64,000 nucleotides of DNA from an uncultured Candidatus Saccharibacteria bacterium (lineage in GTDB: Bacteria; Patescibacteriota; Minisyncoccia; Phycocordibacterales; SBAW01): positions 15,373 to 79,372 of the forward strand of contig CAZYUH010000001.1 in assembly GCA_964650645.1 (NCBI GenBank), read 5' to 3'. Position numbers and translations under genes: made by a program. The notes under the pieces were generated by a model that was not told the DNA's origin, searched no databases, and saw only the letters and a program-made list of their open reading frames with translations. Below are positions 58,318-64,000 of this stretch, one piece after another. Position 1 is the stretch's first letter. Every line of letters begins with the position of its first letter.

Positions 58318-59022
58318 CTAGAAGGCGGGACGCGCAATGACCACCAGCCGCTTGTCGAAGGTGCGCTCCTCCTCTATCCATTCGCCGTCGCAGGTAATGA
58401 GCACGAGCTGGGAGGGGCCCGTGGTTGAGAAAATCTCCGCCAAGGGCGCGCGGTCGGTGTCGTACAGGTCCGTTTTCGCGACCTCGTACACCAGCGTGCG
58501 GCCGTCTGCGTCCGAAACGGTCACGTAGTCGCCCGGGCGTATCTGCGAGAGGTGCTGGAAGACGCCTGCCTTGGTGAGCCCGTTGTTAACGTGCCCGTCG
58601 AACACGGCGCTTCCCTTCTCCCCGGGCTTCGAGCCCTCGCTCCACCACCCTACGTTCATGAAATCGGCGGGCGTGCCCATGGTGCCGTCGGCCTTGCGGC
58701 CGACCTCCTCCACCTTGGCGCTGATGCCGAGCGACGGCACCTTGAGGACCGCCGGCACGAGCGCGCCGGTCGTGCTGGCCGAGGCTTCCGGCACGAGCGC
58801 CGGAGCGGGCGCCTCGTTTTTCGGGCGCATGAGCGCGCCCGCGGGCGCGAACGCATCGAACAGCGCGCCATCTCCCGCGGCCTTGCCCGCCACGCGCGCG
58901 GTGACGTCGGCGAGGCCGTACAGCACCACGAAAATGCCTGCCGCCAGGGCGGCGTAGCGCAGGGCGCGGGCCGCGCGCGACTCCGGCTTAGCGGGTGACG
59001 ATAGCGAAAGCTTTCCGTGCAT
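58318..59022 (-). CDS. sortase-family transpeptidase
   Basis: 234 aa from MHGKLS. TM anchor, catalytic His region VFDGHVN, TLxTC motif LVLITCDG, conserved Arg (ERTFDKRLVV). Confidence 0.7.
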   Translation of the reverse strand: MHGKLSLSSPAKPESRAARALRYAALAAGIFVVLYGLADVTARVAGKAAGDGALFDAFAPAGALMRPKNEAPAPALVPEASASTTGALVPAVLKVPSLGISAKVEEVGRKADGTMGTPADFMNVGWWSEGSKPGEKGSAVFDGHVNNGLTKAGVFQHLSQIRPGDYVTVSDADGRTLVYEVAKTDLYDTDRAPLAEIFSTTGPSQLVLITCDGEWIEEERTFDKRLVVIARPAF

Positions 59023-59539
59023 GCGGGTAGAGCGCGATGGCGGCGCCCAGCATGAGCACCACGGCGAACGCGAGCGAGGCGAGCGTCTGCGGCGCGAAGC
59101 CGGTGTTGGGAAGGAGGGGGTACAGGACCGAGGTAAGCGTGACGTTGGGGCCGGGGCCGTACGCGCCGGGACCGGGGCCCAGATCGGGGAACGCGGTCGG
59201 CGCGAACGCCTCGCCGTAGCCCGGGGCGGCGACGACATTCACATAGCAGGTCGAGCGCAGGGACCCGTACACGACGTCCACTTGCGCGGGGCCCACCCGG
59301 GTAAACGGGGTCACGAAGACCGGACCCGCATCGACTATAGAATAATCATCTGCCACCCACTGGAACGGACCCTGGACATTGGAGACGACCGTAAAGCGCC
59401 CCGCGTTGCCGACCGAAACGACCGGATAAGCGGAAGCACAGGACACGTGCAGGGCGTCTGCCGGGTAGGTCCTGGCGATACCGAAGGCGGGAATAAGCAC
59501 CAAGGCGGCGCCAAAGAGAGCTCCGAGGATGTTCTTCAT
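58988..59539 (-). CDS. secreted protein with C-terminal LPNTG sorting signal (sortase substrate)
   Basis: 183 aa. Signal peptide. C-terminus LPNTG, then a hydrophobic stretch (LASLAFAVVLMLGAAIAL), then a basic tail (YPHARKAFAIVTR). 3' end overlaps the sortase start by 35 nt. Confidence 0.6.
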   Translation of the reverse strand: MKNILGALFGAALVLIPAFGIARTYPADALHVSCASAYPVVSVGNAGRFTVVSNVQGPFQWVADDYSIVDAGPVFVTPFTRVGPAQVDVVYGSLRSTCYVNVVAAPGYGEAFAPTAFPDLGPGPGAYGPGPNVTLTSVLYPLLPNTGFAPQTLASLAFAVVLMLGAAIALYPHARKAFAIVTR

Positions 59540-59597
59540 AGCGGGCCAATCCTACCACCATTGGCGGGAATTTCAACAGGATTCCTAGCGTCCGCTA

Positions 59598-59801
59598 GAA
59601 GCCCGCCGGCAACGCCACGGAGCCCAGAAAGGCGGGTAGGAGGAGCGGGAGGATGAGGAGCGGCAGGAGCAGGGCGCCCGCGGTTATCCAAAAGCCCCAC
59701 AGCAGGTACTTGCGCACCTTCTCGCTCGACTGGTACGCCTGGTCTATCTTCCCTTCCAGCGCTGCAAGCTGTATCTCGATGCGGTCCAATTGCTCGTTCA
59801 T
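59598..59801 (-). CDS. small membrane protein (hypothetical)
   Basis: 67 aa from MNEQLD. Coiled-coil N-terminal half, then a Leu/Pro-rich TM segment. Confidence 0.3.
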
Positions 59802-59820
59802 ACGGTTAGTATACTCCGGC

Positions 59821-60573
59821 CTATCCGTGCCCCAAGAGCGCCTTGAGGAGGAACATGAGCACGGCGCCCAGCGCGAACCACGCGAGGTGCGCCGCGTAGT
59901 GCGACGAGCTTTTCGCGTCCCGTACCGAGTGCGGAATGAGGTCGCCGAGCACCACGGCCAGGAAGGCGCCGGCGGAAAGCCCGAGCAGCACCGGCTCGAG
60001 CGACTCGAAGGCATCAAGGAAGAAGTAGCCTCCCATCGCGCCAATAAGCACCGTGCTTGATACGACGAAGCTCCATTTGAGCGCCTTCCCAACGGGATAC
60101 CCCGCCGCGCGCAAAACGAAGAATTCCGACGTCTCCTGGAGAAGCTCGTGCACGAACACGCTCAATGCGGCCGCAAGGCCGAGCGCCGGGCTCACGGCGA
60201 ACGACGCGGCAAGCAGTATGCCGTCCCCGGCATTATGGAAGGCGTCGCTCATGAGCACGCGGCGCGGGTCAATGGGGTGGCTGTGCGCATGGCCCTTCTC
60301 GGGATGGTCGTGGAGCCCCGGCAGGAGCTTGAAGAGCGTCCATATGCCTATTGCCCCGAGGAAGATATACAGGAGTCCTTGCGAGAGCGACGGCGCGTGC
60401 TCGAGCGTCTCGGTCGCGAGCCCGTACGCGATGATGATGAATACGCCGGAAGAAAAGCTCACCAGGTATCCCATATTGCGCTCGAAGAACCTGCCCGCTC
60501 CGTTCGATATGAAAAAGACGCCCACGAGCGACGCGAGCATGATAGCCGCGCACGAAATAAGCAGTAATGTCAT
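59821..60573 (-). CDS. ZIP-family zinc transporter (ZupT-like)
   Basis: About 250 aa from MTLLLIS. Eight TM helices. HELLQE and His-rich loop (HDHPEKGHAHSHP). Confidence 0.75.
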   Translation of the reverse strand: MTLLLISCAAIMLASLVGVFFISNGAGRFFERNMGYLVSFSSGVFIIIAYGLATETLEHAPSLSQGLLYIFLGAIGIWTLFKLLPGLHDHPEKGHAHSHPIDPRRVLMSDAFHNAGDGILLAASFAVSPALGLAAALSVFVHELLQETSEFFVLRAAGYPVGKALKWSFVVSSTVLIGAMGGYFFLDAFESLEPVLLGLSAGAFLAVVLGDLIPHSVRDAKSSSHYAAHLAWFALGAVLMFLLKALLGHG

Positions 60574-60593
60574 AAAAAAATAATCCTCAGTAA

Positions 60594-60902
60594 TTAGCAC
60601 GCTCGGCACGACGGGCTGAATCCGCAGTCGGTGCACACCAGATGGTGGTGGTGCGGGCGGCGCGCGTACTCGTAGCGCGCCACGCCCTCCTTCATCCCCC
60701 GCCGCAAGAGCCCCGCGCCCGCAAGCGCTTCGAGCGCGCGATACAAGGTCGCCGGATTAAGGTGCGGCAGGAGCGCCTCGAGCTCGGCGACCGCCAAGGG
60801 GCGGCGCGCGCGCTCGAGCGCGGCGAGGAGCGCCAGGCGGCCGGGGGTTGCTCTCGAGCCTGCCGCGCGCAATTCTTCCCTGCAGTCGTGCGCCATGCCC
60901 AT
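60594..60902 (-). CDS. Fur-family metalloregulator, likely Zur
   Basis: 102 aa. Winged-helix N-terminus (RAT.GRLALLAAL......L.V.EL), HHHHLVCTDCG and C-terminal CRAC. Sits immediately upstream of the ZIP transporter. Confidence 0.7.
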   Translation of the reverse strand: MGMAHDCREELRAAGSRATPGRLALLAALERARRPLAVAELEALLPHLNPATLYRALEALAGAGLLRRGMKEGVARYEYARRPHHHHLVCTDCGFSPSCRAC

Positions 60903-61055
60903 AGCGTACTACAAACGCGAATGAGTTGCAAATAATGACGCCCTCGCTTATACTAACGCAAGACATTCGCGTTTACGATGATGCCGGCGCGCGGCGGGGG
61001 ATATATATCCCGTCGCGCGCCGGCACTATCGCCGGCTCGCACATTAGGAGTTTCT

Positions 61056-61310
61056 ATGCCCTCTCCCTGCGGCGGATGCCCGCCTTGCTGCCCCAAATGC
61101 ACGTTCAGTCCGACGCCGGCCGCACAACCCGCGCGCGCGGTCGAGCTCGTATCGAAAGAAGACTACGGCTGCGTACGCCCCGACGGCGGCGCGGTAGTGC
61201 TCGCCGGCGGCGTGCTCGGCATGATGCGCGCGGGCAGCTTCCACCCCGTCACGCAAGACGGAGCGGCGTTCCTCCACGAAAGCGGAAACCGTCTGGCAGA
61301 GCACTGCTAA
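61056..61310 (+). CDS. candidate Cys-rich small protein
   Basis: 84 aa. AGGAG ribosome-binding site 5 nt upstream. N-terminus MPSPCGGCPPCCPKC has five Cys in 11 residues. Confidence 0.3.
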   Translation: MPSPCGGCPPCCPKCTFSPTPAAQPARAVELVSKEDYGCVRPDGGAVVLAGGVLGMMRAGSFHPVTQDGAAFLHESGNRLAEHC

Positions 61311-61365
61311 TGCCTCCCGCCCCGGCACGCCGGGGCGGGTTTTATACGCTTACGCACCCCATTGC

Positions 61366-61713
61366 ATGAAAGATTACCTGATGCTCATCGCGGCGATATC
61401 TACCGCCGCTCTCATATGGCGCGCGCTCCTTCTGGACCACCCCGCGCTCCTTAGCGCGGTCGAGCGCGTTCCTTTTGTAGGCGGCGCCCTGCGGTGCGGG
61501 TTCTGCAGCACGCTGTGGCTCTCGCTTGCCGGCACCTGCGCCTATAACCCCTTTGCGGCCGACTTCGCAGGACTGCCGCAGCCCGCGGCACTGCTTGTAT
61601 CGTGGCTTATTGTCGGCGCAGGCGCACTCTTTTTGCGCAACGCGACAGCCTGCCTCATCGAGGCAAACGGCGCGCTAACGCACCTGCATCGCTCCTCGCA
61701 CGAGAGCCTCTAA
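61366..61713 (+). CDS. DUF1360-like small membrane protein
   Basis: 115 aa with two TM helices. CGFCSTLW motif resembling DUF1360. Confidence 0.4.
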   Translation: MKDYLMLIAAISTAALIWRALLLDHPALLSAVERVPFVGGALRCGFCSTLWLSLAGTCAYNPFAADFAGLPQPAALLVSWLIVGAGALFLRNATACLIEANGALTHLHRSSHESL

Positions 61714-62840
61714 TGCGAGTGTGAATGCGAGTGCCCGTGCGCGAGCGAGGCGCGGGTGGGACGGCCGTGGAGCATCCACACCGCGACAGCGGTCGTTATG
61801 GGCACCGCCAGCACGAGGCCCGTCGAGCCCACGAGCGTGCGGAGTATCTCGGTCGCGAACATCTCCTGGTTTATGGTAACGAGCGGGCCCTGCGTTGCCG
61901 TGAGCTTGAACAAGAGAAGGAGCGGCAGGTACGCGCCCACGTAGGCTATGGCGAGCGTGTTTACCAGCGCGCCGATGTGCTCCCGCCCCACGCGCATGAC
62001 GCGCATGAACACGTGCCTGCGCGTGGCGTCCCTGTTCATGGCCCACAGCTCCTCGACCGCAATCGCCTGGCCTATGGCCGCGTCGTAGAGGATGCCCAAG
62101 AGGCCTATGACCAGGCCGCCCAAGAGGAGCCCGACGAAGTCTATCGACCCGTTGGTATCGAAGTTGAGGTACGCCGCCTCCTCGCTCCCGAAGCCCGTGA
62201 GCCGCGCGGAATGCACGGCTGCGTATGCCAGAAGCCCGGTCACGACGACCGTCGCCAGCATGCCCACCACGGCGGCGCTCGTGGTGCGGTTGAACCCGTG
62301 GGTGATGTAGGAGCCCGCCAGTATGATGGTGCCGGCGACGCCGATGGCAAGAAGCAGGGGCGACACGCCAGCGAGTATGCCCGGCAAAAGGACGTACGCG
62401 ATGAGCGCGATGCTCGCCGCGAGCGAGATGAGGCCGCGCAGGCCCTGCAGGCCGCCGAAGGCGAACAGGCACGCGAGGAAGACCGCGGTAAAGAAGAGCA
62501 GGGCGTTCAGGCGGTACGGCGCGGAGACCGCGTAGCGGTCGGTGCCGTCGAGCGCATTGACGGTATGTATCGCGTAAAAGGGCTCCCCTTCCTTCAAGGC
62601 GAGGTAATCGTTCTCTATAGTGAGCACCTGCCCGGCGTCCGCGCCTTCAAGTATCCGCGCCTGCAGGACCTGGTGGATGCTTTCAGTGCCGGTCCCTTCT
62701 ATGGCCCGCGTGCCTTCCGACACGACGCTGACCACCTCTGCTTTTACTATGGTGACGGTATCGGCCACCAGCTCCTGGGCATGCGCATGCGCCGAAGGGA
62801 GGGCCAGGAACAGGAGCGCGGCGCACGCGAGTGCTTTCAT
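61710..62840 (-). CDS. YibE/F-family membrane protein with His-rich C-terminus
   Basis: 376 aa. Signal peptide, periplasmic N-terminal domain, about 7 TM helices, ends HGHSHSHSH. Confidence 0.6.
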   Translation of the reverse strand: MKALACAALLFLALPSAHAHAQELVADTVTIVKAEVVSVVSEGTRAIEGTGTESIHQVLQARILEGADAGQVLTIENDYLALKEGEPFYAIHTVNALDGTDRYAVSAPYRLNALLFFTAVFLACLFAFGGLQGLRGLISLAASIALIAYVLLPGILAGVSPLLLAIGVAGTIILAGSYITHGFNRTTSAAVVGMLATVVVTGLLAYAAVHSARLTGFGSEEAAYLNFDTNGSIDFVGLLLGGLVIGLLGILYDAAIGQAIAVEELWAMNRDATRRHVFMRVMRVGREHIGALVNTLAIAYVGAYLPLLLLFKLTATQGPLVTINQEMFATEILRTLVGSTGLVLAVPITTAVAVWMLHGRPTRASLAHGHSHSHSH

Positions 62841-62906
62841 ATGCTGAAAATTCTACACCAAGCGGCATTCACCCGCCATTCATTCCGGGGCGGGCATACT
62901 GCGGGC

Positions 62907-63554
62907 ATGACTGCGAAAAAGAAACTGAGGAAAAAGGCCGGCGCGCGCGCCTCGGGCCGCACGGCGCGGACGGCGGCGAAAAAATCGGGCGCAACGGGCA
63001 GGAAAGCCGCCGCGAGCCGGCAGTACAAGGACCTCAACGAGCTTCTCGTCCTGAAGCTCCAGAGCCTGTATGACATCGAGTCAGAGCTTATCAAGGCCCT
63101 GCCCAAGCTCGCTCGCGCCGCCGCCAGCTACGAGCTGAAAGAGGCGTTCGAAATCCACCTGCACGAAACGAAGGGCCAGGCCGCGCGCCTTGAGGAGGCG
63201 ATGCGCCTCTTGGGCGTCCGTCCCGCGAAAGAGAAAGTCAGCGGCATCCGCGGCATCGCAGAAGACGGCGCCTGGGTCGCCGGGCACACGAACGCGAAGA
63301 CCCGCGACGCCGCGCTCATCGCCGCCGCGCAGTACGCCGAGCACTACGAAATAGCGGGCTACGCCGCGGCGCGCGAATGGGCCGCGATGATGGACCACCA
63401 GGCGGTAGCGGACCTTTTGGACGCCACCCTTCTTGAAGAGCAGGCCGCAAGCGACAAGCTCGCCGAGCTCGCGCACACCGGCATCAACCAGAAAGCGGGC
63501 GGCATATCAATGGAAGAGGACGAGCCCGCGGAGATTGATACGGTCGTGATGTAG
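62907..63554 (+). CDS. ferritin-like DUF892 protein (YciE/YciF family)
   Basis: 215 aa from MTAKKK. Basic N-terminal tail, then the DUF892 pattern (LYDIESELIKALPKLARAA....LKEAFEIHL.ET..Q..RLEEA). Confidence 0.65.
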   Translation: MTAKKKLRKKAGARASGRTARTAAKKSGATGRKAAASRQYKDLNELLVLKLQSLYDIESELIKALPKLARAAASYELKEAFEIHLHETKGQAARLEEAMRLLGVRPAKEKVSGIRGIAEDGAWVAGHTNAKTRDAALIAAAQYAEHYEIAGYAAAREWAAMMDHQAVADLLDATLLEEQAASDKLAELAHTGINQKAGGISMEEDEPAEIDTVVM

Positions 63555-64000
63555 CTAGAGGTCGGGCTCCACGAGGCCCAGCTTGACGAGGCGCGCGTGT
63601 ATCGAGCCCTTCTGCCGTCCGAACTCCTTCACCAGGACCGATACGCTCGCCCCCTCCCCGAACATCCCGGCAAGCTTCTCGTCGTCCTCGGCGCTCCACG
63701 GCCGGTAGGCGTTGGGGTATTTCTGGCGCAATTTCTCCAGCTTTGAAAGCCCATCGCCCCCTTTGCTTCCCTTGGGGGCGTTCGGGTCGGGCTCGCGGCC
63801 GCCCGATGCCTGTATGAAATTCTTGTGCAATCGCGAAAGCTCTTCGGGCGGGATGTTCCCGAAGACGTCCCCGGCCGACGCGGACGCCGCGCGGAACGCC
63901 TGGTCGCGCGCCAATATGTCCGGATGCACCGCGAGCGCCCGCTCATTGAAGCCCAGCAGGTGAAGGCCTTCGAGCGTGCGCACGCGCGAAAGCGCCACGT
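63555..64000 (-). CDS. C-terminal fragment of a PIF1/RecD-like helicase (gene continues beyond window)
   Basis: ALSRVRTLEGLHLLGFN is typical of the helicase C-terminus, followed by a small HTH-like tail. No start codon in the window. Confidence 0.45.
   Translation of the reverse strand, partial: VALSRVRTLEGLHLLGFNERALAVHPDILARDQAFRAASASAGDVFGNIPPEELSRLHKNFIQASGGREPDPNAPKGSKGGDGLSKLEKLRQKYPNAYRPWSAEDDEKLAGMFGEGASVSVLVKEFGRQKGSIHARLVKLGLVEPDL

Noticed and set aside
61044-61328. 94-aa minus-strand ORF opposite the Cys-rich small ORF
   Set aside because: It has no ribosome-binding site and junk composition. The plus-strand ORF has a textbook ribosome-binding site and a striking Cys cluster, so it was preferred, still at low confidence.

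Overview
This is a 64 kb high-GC (about 65%) bacterial chromosomal segment that is dense with housekeeping genes. They include gyrA, rpsA, pth, lepB, rpsU, ybeY, ftsA, ftsZ, trxB, tsaD, a ValRS-type tRNA synthetase, hsp20, lepA, murJ, htpX, groES/groEL, secG, RNase J, zur and a ZIP transporter. Seven tRNA genes (Glu-TTC, Ser-CGA, Val-GAC, Phe-GAA, Arg-CCT, Gly-CCC, Ser-GGA) and a reduced RNase P RNA were found by eye. Many small secreted or hypothetical proteins, a giant peptidoglycan-binding surface protein, a sortase with an LPNTG substrate, and an ECF sigma/anti-sigma pair give the window a small-genome, possibly Patescibacteria-like flavour; that attribution is inference only. Several lower-GC patches sit beside tRNA genes: a methyltransferase and membrane protein at 1.7-3.1 kb, a prephenate dehydrogenase at 23.5-24.3 kb, a kinase/HAD island at 26.6-29.7 kb, and a hypothetical protein at 46.2 kb. 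The most unusual signal is a family of conserved multi-hairpin trailer elements immediately downstream of at least four different tRNA genes, with compensatory stem changes between copies. Other points of note are a DnaA-like protein with domains I and IV but no AAA+ ATPase, a degenerate HisRS paralogue, a duplicated consensus sigma-70 promoter in front of two unrelated small secreted proteins, a segmental duplication of a Nudix 5' module flanking a low-GC insert, and a frameshifted MazG-like gene. No CRISPR array, rRNA, integrase or transposase was seen.
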